From IMG/VR virus record IMGVR_UViG_3300027976_000006, positions 64,001 through 128,000 of that record: 64,000 nt of DNA, one strand, 5' to 3'. The notes under the pieces are model-generated. The model worked only from the letters and a program-made list of their open reading frames with translations, searched no databases and had not been told where the DNA came from. This DNA comes from a virus. Position numbers and translations under genes: made by a program. Position 1 is the first letter of the stretch. Every line of letters starts with the position of its first letter. Below are positions 1 to 9,955 of the stretch, piece by piece.

Positions 1-20
1 ACAGAGCAGCTATCCCGGGG

Positions 21-560
21 TTGGAGGCCAGGCTAAAGCCTAAGCTTACTGTGCCTTCTGACGGCGATTTAGAATACAATTTATGCGTGGATAAGGTGCC
101 TTCTGACATACGGGCACAGATGCGAGATATCAAACAAGAAAGCGGGGAACACAAATGGGGGGAAAGTATTCAACATCATTGGTGTTTATGTGACATGCAA
201 GAAGGTGATTTTCCTAGGGTGTATATGTATCCAAATTTGCAAGGGTTGACGGAAGCAATTGCGAAGAGGGAGGGGAAGGAGACAGCTGTTTGGGCTATGT
301 ACGGTGTACCGTTGCAGCTGACCAAGCCGATCATTAAATCCAACGGGAATAAACAGCGTTATTTGTTGTTACCTAACCAGATGGCTGTTACTGTAGGCAG
401 CGAGGAGGACTGTGTTTTATTGGAACAAGCGGCATTACCGGCTATAACTTTAGAGGAAACTGGTTGGTTGGGTAATCCTTTATATCTAGAATCACAGCAA
501 TTCTATACCCCTGGGTTTGTGGATGATGATCAGTTTGCGGAAGAACAAGACGAAGAGTAG
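21..560 (+). CDS. hypothetical protein (frame open to window edge, possibly 5'-truncated)
   Basis: 179 aa ORF, acidic C-terminus, co-oriented with downstream operon. Confidence 0.65.
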   Translation: MEARLKPKLTVPSDGDLEYNLCVDKVPSDIRAQMRDIKQESGEHKWGESIQHHWCLCDMQEGDFPRVYMYPNLQGLTEAIAKREGKETAVWAMYGVPLQLTKPIIKSNGNKQRYLLLPNQMAVTVGSEEDCVLLEQAALPAITLEETGWLGNPLYLESQQFYTPGFVDDDQFAEEQDEE

Positions 561-603
561 ACACTTATAAACTAATTCTTTTTTTAGCTATTGGAGGGCA
601 GTT

Positions 604-1569
604 ATGGCAGATAGTTCAGTTAGAGCCGATACACCAGACCCAACGCGTTACCACGTCAACCGCTCTGATATGCCTGGAACTATGATACCTCGGGCGGGAG
701 CGGACGGGCAATCGTTAGGATTTGACCCGAATCGCCCGCAGGCTGTAATAGTAGACCCTGGGGTGGAAGGTGGTGGTTTTGTTTTAGATTTAAAAGCATT
801 AATTGAGTTGAATCCTAATTTTAATGCGGAAGCCAAGCGTAGCGGTGTGGTTGACGATGTTCATTCCTTCTACAAAGGGCTAAGCCGGCAGACTGTAGTG
901 GGAAGAAATATAAATGGCACAGAAAAGGAGCAGTTTATGTCTGAACCGAGCGAACCAACCGAACCAACCGAACCAACCGAACCAACCGAACCAGTAAACT
1001 CTAAAATGGGTAAAATGGAGGAGGCGATTAGAGGTTTACTTGATGAGCAATTTCCCAAGTTAGAAAATACAAAAAAGCAGGTTAAAAAGCATAAGTTGGC
1101 AACCGAGGCTGCAGTTGCAGCCATGTCTGCTGCGGATTCACAAAATCGTGCGCAGCAAGACCAACTTTTAAATGCTTTAGTTAATAGAGTAAATCGGCTT
1201 AGCGGTGGCTCGTCGGAACAAAAAGAAATACCAGATTCAGTTCAAAATGCCTTTTCTAAATTACAAATTCCGTTTCTTTCTGGCATTAAACCAGAACGCC
1301 CGCAATATGAAGTCTATTTTGAAATGGCAAAGTTGGGTACAATGTCTGCACGGTATCACGCAGTAATTGCTAGCGATGCCTGCGTCGCATTGATTTACGA
1401 CACTAGATTTGAAGACGGGTTTCAATATTTACCGCCTAATTTGAGGGAGGAGCAGATCGTGGTTTCTGTGCCTAAAACCAAAGAAACTTATACTTGTTCG
1501 TCACTTGGGTTGCATTGGTCGCTTGGTTGTTTGGATGTTGTTATTCTTATTCGTTACAAAGAGGATTAA
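604..1569 (+). CDS. hypothetical protein with EPT repeat and possible internal start at 937
   Basis: 321 aa ORF, GGAGG upstream; AAGGAG precedes in-frame ATG at 937. Confidence 0.75.
   Translation: MADSSVRADTPDPTRYHVNRSDMPGTMIPRAGADGQSLGFDPNRPQAVIVDPGVEGGGFVLDLKALIELNPNFNAEAKRSGVVDDVHSFYKGLSRQTVVGRNINGTEKEQFMSEPSEPTEPTEPTEPTEPVNSKMGKMEEAIRGLLDEQFPKLENTKKQVKKHKLATEAAVAAMSAADSQNRAQQDQLLNALVNRVNRLSGGSSEQKEIPDSVQNAFSKLQIPFLSGIKPERPQYEVYFEMAKLGTMSARYHAVIASDACVALIYDTRFEDGFQYLPPNLREEQIVVSVPKTKETYTCSSLGLHWSLGCLDVVILIRYKED
943..993 (+). repeat. 9-bp coding tandem repeat (GAACCAACC)n, Glu-Pro-Thr
   Basis: Directly visible, about 5.5 units. Confidence 0.9.
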
Positions 1570-1573
1570 TACG

Positions 1574-1801
1574 ATGGAAAAGAATGGGGCTATCACGGCA
1601 AATACACCTAGTTGCGGTAACGGCTGTAATGGCTGTTGTCGTGGGAATTGCAGCTGCAAAGTTAAAAGGGCAAATGCACAAAGTAGTGCGAAGCAGCCTT
1701 TGCTATTTCCAGAAACAAAGGAAGCTGCCGACACCATGGAACAGGATCTAATTAAACGGGCAGTTGAAGTAGTTCAAGAAAGAAGTAAACCTACCCACTA
1801 G
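1574..1801 (+). CDS. small Cys-rich protein upstream of portal
   Basis: GAGGA RBS then MEKNG..CGNGCNGCCRGNCSC; contains KRA/KEA motifs. Confidence 0.6.
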   Translation: MEKNGAITANTPSCGNGCNGCCRGNCSCKVKRANAQSSAKQPLLFPETKEAADTMEQDLIKRAVEVVQERSKPTH

Positions 1802-1833
1802 GTGTAGTAGTTTATACTGAGGGAGAACCAGTA

Positions 1834-3756
1834 ATGTCAATGATGTCTGCGGGTAATACTTACTTTAATCAAGGCACCAGCAATACTGGTTTTTCTGACC
1901 CTTTTAACGATATTGCCACCTCGCATATGCCGACTACGATGAAAACGGCGTTGTGGTGGTCTGAATACATCTGGACGATGCAGGGTACTTACCGCATGGC
2001 GATGGAGCGCATTGTCAGTTATTTTATTACAGAAATTGAAATAGGGGGCGAAGCTAACGACGAAGAAAAAGTTAAGTATTCTGATTTTTTAAAAAACCAA
2101 TTGCATGTTTTAGATTTTCTTAACCAAGTTATGCGAGATCGTCTTTGTTATGGCAATTCTTTTGCAAGCGTGGTCGTCCCGTTTCGCCGATTTTTACGAA
2201 ATCCAAAAACTGGTGATATTTATCCGCTTAAATTTGTGTATGAAAATTTTGATTTTAAATTTACAGAAAAGTTTGAATTTGAAGCAACTTGTCCAAAAAC
2301 AAAATGGCGAGGTCCTTGGGTTGTAGAAGACAAAGCGAGAGAAGAGTCTAAACATTTAATTTTAAAACGCTGGAGCCCTCACGAAATCGAAATTTTGCAT
2401 GATCCATATACCGATGAAGTTTCATACTTATGGCGCATACCTGAGTACTATAAAAAAATGGTTAAAGATGGGAATCTTTTTCATTTAGAACGGGCAAGTA
2501 AGCAAGTTCTTGAAACCATAAGAACGGATAAGTTATTTAGGTTTAATCCTGCTGCTATCTTTCACATGAAAGAACAAACTTTAGCTGGAATACGAAACCT
2601 TGGGTGGGGGTTACCCCGAAGTTTAATAAACTATCGTCAAATATGGTATGTGCAAGTTTTGCGCAGATACAACGAAGCTATCGCGTTGGATTATGTGATC
2701 CCCTTCCGTTTGATTACACCCGCAGCACGCAGTGGTGGGTCTAATGCGGGTAACATCGCAACGCAAGACCCTATGTCTATTTATTCAGCTGGTGATTTTA
2801 GATCACAAGTTAGACAAATGATTAACAGAAGAAGGCGGGATCCAGCTGCGTGGCAGCTTCTGCCTTTCCCTGTTAATTACCAGATTCTTGGCGGAGATGC
2901 CAAACAACTGGCACCTACGGAATTGATTCAGCAGGGCACCGAAGAATTGCTGAACGAATGCGGTACCCCTGTTGAATTTTATCAAGGTTCGTTGTCGTTA
3001 CAAGCCGCGCCTGTTGCTCTTCGTCTTTTTGAAAGCACGCATCGTCAATTAGTAACAGATGCAAACTCTTTCTTGCAGTGGATGTGTAATTCTATTAGCC
3101 AAATTATGTCCTGGGAACTTGTGGATTGTAGTTTACAGCGAGTTACTACTGCCGATGATATGCAGAAACAAATGGCTGCATTACAATTAATGATGGGTCA
3201 GCAGTTATCCGGTACAACTGGGCTTCGTGCGATGGGATACAGCTGGGATACGGAACAAAAATTGCTTGCTGCTGAGGCAAGTAAGCAGCAAAAAATGCAA
3301 GCGAGACAAGCGGAAGAAGCCGAACAGTCTGGATTCGCTGCCCAAATTTCTAAAGGTGTTAATCCAAGTGCGGGTGGTGCCCCTCCTGCAGGTGGGCCTG
3401 CAGGTGGTCCTCCTGCCGGTGGCGGTGCCCCACCTGCAGGTGGCGGTGGTGCTCCTCCGTCTGGCGGGGGTGCTACCGCAGGTGGTATCCCAACTCCTGT
3501 TACTAACTATTTGCAGTCAATGGGGCCAAACTCTGCTATTACTCCAAATGATCTACAAGCGGCTGCGGAGCAGTTATCTCAAGAATTACTCGGTATACCT
3601 GAAGCTATTAAAGATTCTGAACTGCGTAAACTTAAAGCAAATAACCCGACACTGCATTCAGTTGTTCGCACCAAGTTAGACGAAGCACGCAGTAAGCTGC
3701 GGCTGCAAGGTGGTGCGATGTTGCAACAACAGATGCAGCAGGGTGGAGGGGGTTAG
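1834..3756 (+). CDS. portal protein with Gly/Pro-rich linker and helical C-terminal extension
   Basis: Portal-like motifs DRLCYGNSF, IFHMK, GWGLPR, NEAIALDYVIPFRLI, CGTPVEF; size 640 aa. Confidence 0.75.
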   Translation: MSMMSAGNTYFNQGTSNTGFSDPFNDIATSHMPTTMKTALWWSEYIWTMQGTYRMAMERIVSYFITEIEIGGEANDEEKVKYSDFLKNQLHVLDFLNQVMRDRLCYGNSFASVVVPFRRFLRNPKTGDIYPLKFVYENFDFKFTEKFEFEATCPKTKWRGPWVVEDKAREESKHLILKRWSPHEIEILHDPYTDEVSYLWRIPEYYKKMVKDGNLFHLERASKQVLETIRTDKLFRFNPAAIFHMKEQTLAGIRNLGWGLPRSLINYRQIWYVQVLRRYNEAIALDYVIPFRLITPAARSGGSNAGNIATQDPMSIYSAGDFRSQVRQMINRRRRDPAAWQLLPFPVNYQILGGDAKQLAPTELIQQGTEELLNECGTPVEFYQGSLSLQAAPVALRLFESTHRQLVTDANSFLQWMCNSISQIMSWELVDCSLQRVTTADDMQKQMAALQLMMGQQLSGTTGLRAMGYSWDTEQKLLAAEASKQQKMQARQAEEAEQSGFAAQISKGVNPSAGGAPPAGGPAGGPPAGGGAPPAGGGGAPPSGGGATAGGIPTPVTNYLQSMGPNSAITPNDLQAAAEQLSQELLGIPEAIKDSELRKLKANNPTLHSVVRTKLDEARSKLRLQGGAMLQQQMQQGGGG

Positions 3757-3761
3757 TTACA

Positions 3762-4559
3762 ATGCTTAAAATTGGTTTTATCTGCCCTATCTATACTGCA
3801 GAAGTTTTTGCAAATTATACGCAAAAAGCTTTAGAATCTTTTTTTGCCACTACCCCCGGTGGTACAGCCATCATTGTAAATGACGGGTCGACTGGCTGGA
3901 GTAGCGATTACGAACAATCTTTACTCGGTTTAAAAAACAATTACTCTGATGTTTCATTGCATTTGTTAAACTTTCCCCAACTTGGCGGATTAACACGGAG
4001 TTGGAATGCGGGGCTGGCTAAAGCGGAGGAACTTGGTTTGGACTACGCCATTGCGGGTAACAACGACATAATATTTTCGAATAACTGGTATGAAGGTATG
4101 TTACTGGCGTTAGCTAATGGCTACGAGCTGGTGGGTCCAATCTCTAATGCTCCCGGTATAACTGCCGGAGGTAAACAAAATGTTGAGCTATATTCGCCCG
4201 ACTATACCCTTACCGATAATTTAGATGAGGTGAATAAAGTTGCGGAACACGTACATAAAACTTATTTTGGTAAAACAATAGAAAGCAAAGTTAATGGATT
4301 TTTTTTAATGGCGACTTTAAAGTCGTGGATAAAAGGAAAATTTGACGAACATAATTTTTTCAGACCTAAAAATTCGCATTACTCCACGGGATGGCTTAAC
4401 CCGACACCGTTAATGACAGCAAATGAAGACGAGCTACAAGGGCGATGGGCTGAAAAAGATATGAAATCAGGTATCGTTTTAAGCACATTTATATTTCATT
4501 ATCGATCTGTCTCCCGAGGTAATGGCTATAAGCTAGGAAAATGGTATCGGCAAGCATGA
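3762..4559 (+). CDS. glycosyltransferase, GT2/GT-A fold
   Basis: ICPIY, IIVNDGS, GLTRSWNAG, GNNDI, FIFHY motifs. Confidence 0.8.
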   Translation: MLKIGFICPIYTAEVFANYTQKALESFFATTPGGTAIIVNDGSTGWSSDYEQSLLGLKNNYSDVSLHLLNFPQLGGLTRSWNAGLAKAEELGLDYAIAGNNDIIFSNNWYEGMLLALANGYELVGPISNAPGITAGGKQNVELYSPDYTLTDNLDEVNKVAEHVHKTYFGKTIESKVNGFFLMATLKSWIKGKFDEHNFFRPKNSHYSTGWLNPTPLMTANEDELQGRWAEKDMKSGIVLSTFIFHYRSVSRGNGYKLGKWYRQA

Positions 4560-5281
4560 GCAAAATATTAGTTTACAGCTGTGTCGCTGGAAATTACGAT
4601 GATGTTACGAAGGGATTGTTATCTTCGCTCGCACCGGCAGAGCACGATGTTTCGTATGTCTTATACACAGACCAGCCAATTAAAGATTCAATAAAAATAA
4701 GTCAAGACTGTTTTCATTACCAAGCACCTGGAGGTAATATTACTTGGCAAATACGCCCTTTGGTGTGGGAACATCCTCTGTGTAAGCGGCGTACAGCTCG
4801 TTTCTGCAAAATTAACCCTCACATTTTTTGCGATAATTCGACAACCCACGACATATGGATAGACGGCAATCAAATCATTAAACAAGATGTTAGGCTGGTT
4901 GAAAGTTTGCTCCCTTACTTAAAAAACAATTTTATTGCCACTTTCAAGCATCCTGACCGTATCTGTATTTATCAGGAGTTGCCGCAATGCATACAATGGG
5001 AAAAAGACAATTCTACATTAATGCGGCGACAAGTCGATAATTACCGCAAAGAGGGTTATCCTGCCTATGTTGGATTGGTAGAGACATCTTGTCTTGTGCG
5101 AAAGCAGGGAAAAGAATCAGCTGATTTTAACAAACAGTGGTGGGATGAGATTAGTCGCAATAGCTATCGAGATCAGTTAAGTTTTAACTACGTGGTATGG
5201 AAACAAAAGCAAAAATATGGTTTACTCGTAGGGCACAGAACAAAATCTTCTTTTTTTCATTACGCTCCGCATTATGCCTAA
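4556..5281 (+). CDS. DUF616/TOD1-MUCI70-like glycosyltransferase
   Basis: YSCVAGNYD, LYTD, ARFCKINPH, IWIDGN, HPDRICIYQE, RDQLSF; ATGA overlap with previous stop. Confidence 0.8.
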   Translation: MSKILVYSCVAGNYDDVTKGLLSSLAPAEHDVSYVLYTDQPIKDSIKISQDCFHYQAPGGNITWQIRPLVWEHPLCKRRTARFCKINPHIFCDNSTTHDIWIDGNQIIKQDVRLVESLLPYLKNNFIATFKHPDRICIYQELPQCIQWEKDNSTLMRRQVDNYRKEGYPAYVGLVETSCLVRKQGKESADFNKQWWDEISRNSYRDQLSFNYVVWKQKQKYGLLVGHRTKSSFFHYAPHYA

Positions 5282-5304
5282 ACGACACTAGCCCTGGAGT
5301 CTTG

Positions 5305-6369
5305 GTGTTAAAAGTTGGAATTTTTGCTCCGTATGTTCGAAACGAAACTACGCTAGCTGCCGTACAAATAGCAGATTGGCTGGTTCGTTGCGGGATTAAA
5401 GTAGAATTTCTTTCAGATGGTAAGGTTTCAAAAGGCATTCATCCCATTTGGGATCACAAAGTTAAGCGTGCAAACGAAGATTCAATTCATCCTTGGGCGT
5501 TTCAAGCTACGCATTTGTGCTGGTTCAGTGCAAATGATTGGGCGTTAGCCGAAGCTAAATTAGTAAATTCGTTCAGCCCTAAATACCGAACTATGCATTA
5601 TTATTTTCCGCACTGGGGGGAATGGAATTCGACTAATTCAAATTTCTTAAATGCGGCAGATCGTATCATTTGTTTAAGCCACGATTTAGCTACTTGGCTG
5701 GATAAACAACAAAGAAGAGTTTTACCTACCCGCACTTGGGCTAATTTAGTAGTGGCGGACAAGCTGTTAATCCCGAAGATTGGCTGGGTGCGCCCTGGCA
5801 TTAAACAATTTTTAGTCATACTGGCAAAGTCAATTGAATTAGATCTAGGCCCAGAATTGTTTGAAATATTTTATCCACTTTTAAACAATTATGATGTTAT
5901 TCGATTTACTTTTTTGTTAGAACATTCTATGCCCAGAGCGTATCGCGTTGGCCTAAAGAAGCTGCAGCAGTGTTATCCTGATAGAGTTTCGATTGTTACT
6001 AGCCCCGCTTATTGCGATTATGCTAACTTAGCCAGGCAGCACGATTGGGTGTATCTGGCTGGTACTCGTTTTACTTATGGTGCAGTTATGGCATGCATTG
6101 TTAGCAGTTCTTCAATCCTGGTTTGCCACGACATTCCTCCGGTGGGTGCCCATGTGGTAGATGATTTAAATGGTAAATTAATCGTATGCGGACTAAGTGA
6201 TAAACCAGCACCTGCGGCTTTAGTGGGCTTAGCGGACGTAGAAACGGTATTATCTGGATTAGCGGAAGCATCTACGAAAACACTGGAAGCCATGCAACGG
6301 GTCTCGGCTGACTATTTGCGTAAAAAACAGAAAGCTTTTGAATGGTTCATCCACAACGAATTTGCGTAA
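5305..6369 (+). CDS. divergent GT-B (GT4-like) glycosyltransferase
   Basis: KVGIFAP, ADRIICLSH, LVCHDIPPVGAHVVDDLNGKLI; canonical EX7E not evident; GTG start after GGAG. Confidence 0.55.
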   Translation: MLKVGIFAPYVRNETTLAAVQIADWLVRCGIKVEFLSDGKVSKGIHPIWDHKVKRANEDSIHPWAFQATHLCWFSANDWALAEAKLVNSFSPKYRTMHYYFPHWGEWNSTNSNFLNAADRIICLSHDLATWLDKQQRRVLPTRTWANLVVADKLLIPKIGWVRPGIKQFLVILAKSIELDLGPELFEIFYPLLNNYDVIRFTFLLEHSMPRAYRVGLKKLQQCYPDRVSIVTSPAYCDYANLARQHDWVYLAGTRFTYGAVMACIVSSSSILVCHDIPPVGAHVVDDLNGKLIVCGLSDKPAPAALVGLADVETVLSGLAEASTKTLEAMQRVSADYLRKKQKAFEWFIHNEFA

Positions 6370-6941
6370 ATGATCATGTGCTAGTCGCAGGTACTCCTGG
6401 CGCTTTTATTCACCATGTGGCGGCACGCTTGCACAGTTTCGGGTGGGCAGTTCTTTGGCCGAATCAAGACATAGAAACGACTAATGTTCGTTTTTATTTT
6501 GAACACAACTATCAAAACTTTGAAACACAACGCATACACCGATCAATTTACGCACAAAATAGCGACAGCAAACTAGTTAGTAAGCCCCCTGTGTATTATG
6601 ATCCACCTTTTCCAGGACCAGCTGAGTTTATTGCTCAGTTTGACACGCCTGCGGTTATTTCCTGCGTTATGCTTGCTCCTTTCTTAGACTTGTGGGCCAG
6701 TGTAGCCGATGTTGTAATAGACATACAAGCCACAGAAGAAGAAGACGAGGCGACGCTTGCACGCTGGGCAAAGAATTTGTACCCGTTGGATTATGTAAAA
6801 GATGTCTGCAATTGCCAGCGAATGCGGTATAATAAGCACTTGAAATTGTTCGGTAGAATTTGCACAATAACAAACGCCGAGGTCAAAGATAAGAATTTTG
6901 ACAAGCTAGATAAGTTTCTTGCTTCTATCTGTAATTTTTAA
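6342..6941 (+). CDS. sulfotransferase/P-loop-fold-like protein, degenerate
   Basis: VLVAGTPGAFIHHVAARLHSFG resembles the sulfotransferase N-terminal strand-loop-helix. Confidence 0.4.
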   Translation: MVHPQRICVNDHVLVAGTPGAFIHHVAARLHSFGWAVLWPNQDIETTNVRFYFEHNYQNFETQRIHRSIYAQNSDSKLVSKPPVYYDPPFPGPAEFIAQFDTPAVISCVMLAPFLDLWASVADVVIDIQATEEEDEATLARWAKNLYPLDYVKDVCNCQRMRYNKHLKLFGRICTITNAEVKDKNFDKLDKFLASICNF

Positions 6942-6955
6942 ACAAGGAAATTCCA

Positions 6956-8218
6956 ATGAGCGATTCTGACAATCCTGTTGAGAGCAAAATGAAAGTTTCG
7001 TTGAATAAGGTTGCGGGTATATCCCCAATCGCTACTCCTTCGATATCCCCGCCTGCCTCAGTTACCGGAGTTGTAAACATAGGCAATATAGCTGCTGCGT
7101 TGCACCCTTCGTCGCACAAGCAGGCAGCAACTCAAGTCATAGTAAATGATGCCTTCAATTACGATGTTGCATTTAATATGGCATTTTTGGGGTCCGGGCA
7201 GGGTGGGGCACGGTTAGCTTCTAGTTTTTGGTCTTTAGGTTACAGGCGTGTATCGTTGTTCAACACTGCCGAGAGTGACTTCCAAGGTTTACCGGATGAG
7301 ATTCAAAGGCACACCTTGCAGTTAGGCGGAGCTGCAAAAGATGCAAGGTTTGCGGAGCAAGCAATAACGGGGCACGAGGAAGAGATTTGGGATTTGTTAC
7401 AGCGTTCGTGGGGTAACGATGTGGATTATGGTTTGATTTGTGTAGGGTTGGGTGGTGGGACTGGGTCTGGTACTAGTGGCAAGCTGGTGCAGATTGCTAG
7501 GGATTATCTGGATTCCAAGGGTAAACCACCTAGGGTTGGTGTAATAGCTTCAATTCCGGCTTTTACCGAAGGCCAGCAAGTATGTCGTAATGCAGTTACA
7601 TCGTTTCAACGGTTACTGGAGTTAAAGGTTAGCCCATTGATTTTAATTGACAACGCACGCATTAATCAGTTATATAGGCCGGGTATGGCTCAGTTGTACA
7701 GTGTGGCCAATAGCACGGTAAGTCAGTTGTTCCATTTGTTTAATCAGTTGGCAGCAGTACACAGCCCGTTAATAACCTTTGACCGCAGCGAGCTGGCCCA
7801 GTTGTTGGATCATGGTATTTGTGTAATGGGAGCTGCTAGCTTGCAAAACATTACAAGTCCTGCGGATATCTCTGCTGCTATTAGGGATCAGCTTACTAAC
7901 AATGTGCTGGCAGAAGTTGATTTAAAGCAGGGCACGAAGGGGGCTTGTTTGTTTGTAGGAGATCAGCATCATTTGGATAATCTTGGTCTAGAGTACTTCG
8001 ATGCGGGTTTTACACAGATGAATCGCACTTTGAAAGGGGGAAATAGCGTTGTGCATAGGGGTGTATACATTGGCTCTTCTCCTGGTTTACAGGCCTATGC
8101 AATGATCAGCGATCTTAAGCCGCCTTTTGCTACATTGGCAAAGCTAGCAAAAGAGGCAAACATTTCTAAAAGTCAGTTGACGAGTGGGTTGGCTCAGTTT
8201 CTAGGTGTGAACGATTAA
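6956..8218 (+). CDS. tubulin/FtsZ-superfamily GTPase (PhuZ/TubZ-like)
   Basis: GSGQGG, GLGGGTGSG tubulin signature, ILIDN, FDRSEL T7-like loop. Confidence 0.9.
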   Translation: MSDSDNPVESKMKVSLNKVAGISPIATPSISPPASVTGVVNIGNIAAALHPSSHKQAATQVIVNDAFNYDVAFNMAFLGSGQGGARLASSFWSLGYRRVSLFNTAESDFQGLPDEIQRHTLQLGGAAKDARFAEQAITGHEEEIWDLLQRSWGNDVDYGLICVGLGGGTGSGTSGKLVQIARDYLDSKGKPPRVGVIASIPAFTEGQQVCRNAVTSFQRLLELKVSPLILIDNARINQLYRPGMAQLYSVANSTVSQLFHLFNQLAAVHSPLITFDRSELAQLLDHGICVMGAASLQNITSPADISAAIRDQLTNNVLAEVDLKQGTKGACLFVGDQHHLDNLGLEYFDAGFTQMNRTLKGGNSVVHRGVYIGSSPGLQAYAMISDLKPPFATLAKLAKEANISKSQLTSGLAQFLGVND

Positions 8219-8237
8219 ACCAAAGAAAGGGATTAAA

Positions 8238-8537
8238 ATGTCACCAAATCTTATTGCAGGCGAACTTCCAGACCTTTTGGAGTTTTTAAAAACAGCGTAC
8301 AGGGAAAAAATCAAAATTCCCAACGGTGTCTCAGACCCTTCGGATATTTTTATCAGTTGGGCACAAGATTACCTTGCGCAGCATAGACCTAGCGAGGTAT
8401 TTGCTGTGGATAGTAACTATGGCGTGCAGTTGACCAACGGGCAGCGAGTGCAACTTAGTCCTAGTCAAACTGGAGCTAAAGAAGTTGCGGGTCAAATGGC
8501 TAGTCCAGACTCCTCTGTGGCTATCTTTAATAGGTAG
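8238..8537 (+). CDS. hypothetical protein
   Basis: 99 aa ORF with AAGGGA RBS directly after the tubulin gene. Confidence 0.6.
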   Translation: MSPNLIAGELPDLLEFLKTAYREKIKIPNGVSDPSDIFISWAQDYLAQHRPSEVFAVDSNYGVQLTNGQRVQLSPSQTGAKEVAGQMASPDSSVAIFNR

Positions 8538-8638
8538 GTTTGCCTTGTTAATAGTAAAGGTGAAGCTATTCATCCCTTGGTTTTATTAGGGATATCGTTG
8601 CGTAAGCGGTATGAACTACTAACCGGTTTAAGGAGAGC

Positions 8639-9268
8639 TTGGTTATGAGATTTTGGAAGCCTCGAACGAACATACCTAGTGCAGCCAAGATTGGCATATC
8701 TTTAGTGACATACAATCAAACGGATTGCTTGGCTGCCTTGGTCTACGCACTTAAGGCTCAAACCTTTAGAAACTTCAAGGTATACATAATACACGATGGG
8801 CCTTGGTTGCCAGAGGCACATAGGGTTTGTTTAGTCGCCATAGATGGGGATGATAGATTTTCTATGTCGTGCACAGAGGAGAGGGCTAATGCGTACGGGC
8901 ACAACCTAAGGCAGATAGGATTTGACAAGGCTTATGCAGCTGGGTGTGATTGGATAGGAACGATGAACGGGGACGGCTTGTACGCCCCTGTTTATTTTGA
9001 GTGGATGTTAAGTGAGGCAGAAACTGCGAAGGCCAACTTCGTATGCTGCAATATGATACACAGTCACAAACAGTGGCATGCTCTTGTAACTGGCTTAGTC
9101 AGAGCACGGATAGATGCAGGGAGTTGGCTGGCTCGGTCGAGTATTGCTTCGTTAAGCAAGTGGACCAGCTTAGCGTTCGAGGGGGATTGGGTATACATTC
9201 ACGGGCTTACGCAGGCTCCTGGCTTTGTACCTGCTAAGGTTAATGGTTTTTTGTTTGTGCATAACTAG
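8639..9268 (+). CDS. glycosyltransferase family 2
   Basis: LVTYNQ, AQTFRNF, IIHDGP, YGHNLR, NGDGLY, GDW. Confidence 0.8.
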   Translation: MVMRFWKPRTNIPSAAKIGISLVTYNQTDCLAALVYALKAQTFRNFKVYIIHDGPWLPEAHRVCLVAIDGDDRFSMSCTEERANAYGHNLRQIGFDKAYAAGCDWIGTMNGDGLYAPVYFEWMLSEAETAKANFVCCNMIHSHKQWHALVTGLVRARIDAGSWLARSSIASLSKWTSLAFEGDWVYIHGLTQAPGFVPAKVNGFLFVHN

Positions 9269-9280
9269 CTTGGAGGTTAT

Positions 9281-9853
9281 ATGAGTGACAAATCGGCTAT
9301 AGTTTCGATGCGGGCGGAAGGAAGAATGGCTGGTGGCCTGCAAGATATGATAGCGCATATCAACAGCATATCCCCAACGAAGGATATGCGTTTAATCGAG
9401 ATAGGTGCATATGCGGGGGAATCAACTGCTATTTTTTGTCAAAACTTTAAAGCTGTAGTTACGATAGACCCGTTTTTAAACGGCTATGACTCCGGGGATT
9501 CGGCTAGCCATGCTGCTCCGTTCTCGCAGGTTTACGCTGTTTTTTGCAAAAGAATGCAGAAGTATGCCAATTACACATTAATACAGAAAACCTCGGATGA
9601 CGCAGTTAAAGAGCTAATGGACCAACCAGTAGTGCATTGTTTTGATGTTGTGTACATAGATGGCATGCATCGGTATGAACAAGTAAAAAAAGACATTTTA
9701 AATTACAGCAAAATTGTAAAAATAGACGGGTTTATTACTGGGCATGATTATGTCAGTGGCTGGGGAGAAGTGGTTAGGGCAGTAAACGAGTTCTGTGTAA
9801 AACCAGATATGGTTTTTCGTGACGGTAGCTGGTTAGTGCGAAAAGTTAGCTGA
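9281..9853 (+). CDS. class I SAM-dependent methyltransferase (Methyltransf_24-like)
   Basis: IEIGAYAGEST, TIDPF, YIDGMHRYE, ITGHDY. Confidence 0.9.
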   Translation: MSDKSAIVSMRAEGRMAGGLQDMIAHINSISPTKDMRLIEIGAYAGESTAIFCQNFKAVVTIDPFLNGYDSGDSASHAAPFSQVYAVFCKRMQKYANYTLIQKTSDDAVKELMDQPVVHCFDVVYIDGMHRYEQVKKDILNYSKIVKIDGFITGHDYVSGWGEVVRAVNEFCVKPDMVFRDGSWLVRKVS

Positions 9854-9955
9854 AATGAATTGTTTTTTGCGTTAAGTAGAAAATAGGCTTAAAACATTGA
9901 TTCTACGCGATAAACAGCAGAATGGGTTTAAATCTCCAACAGAAAAGGTACAACA

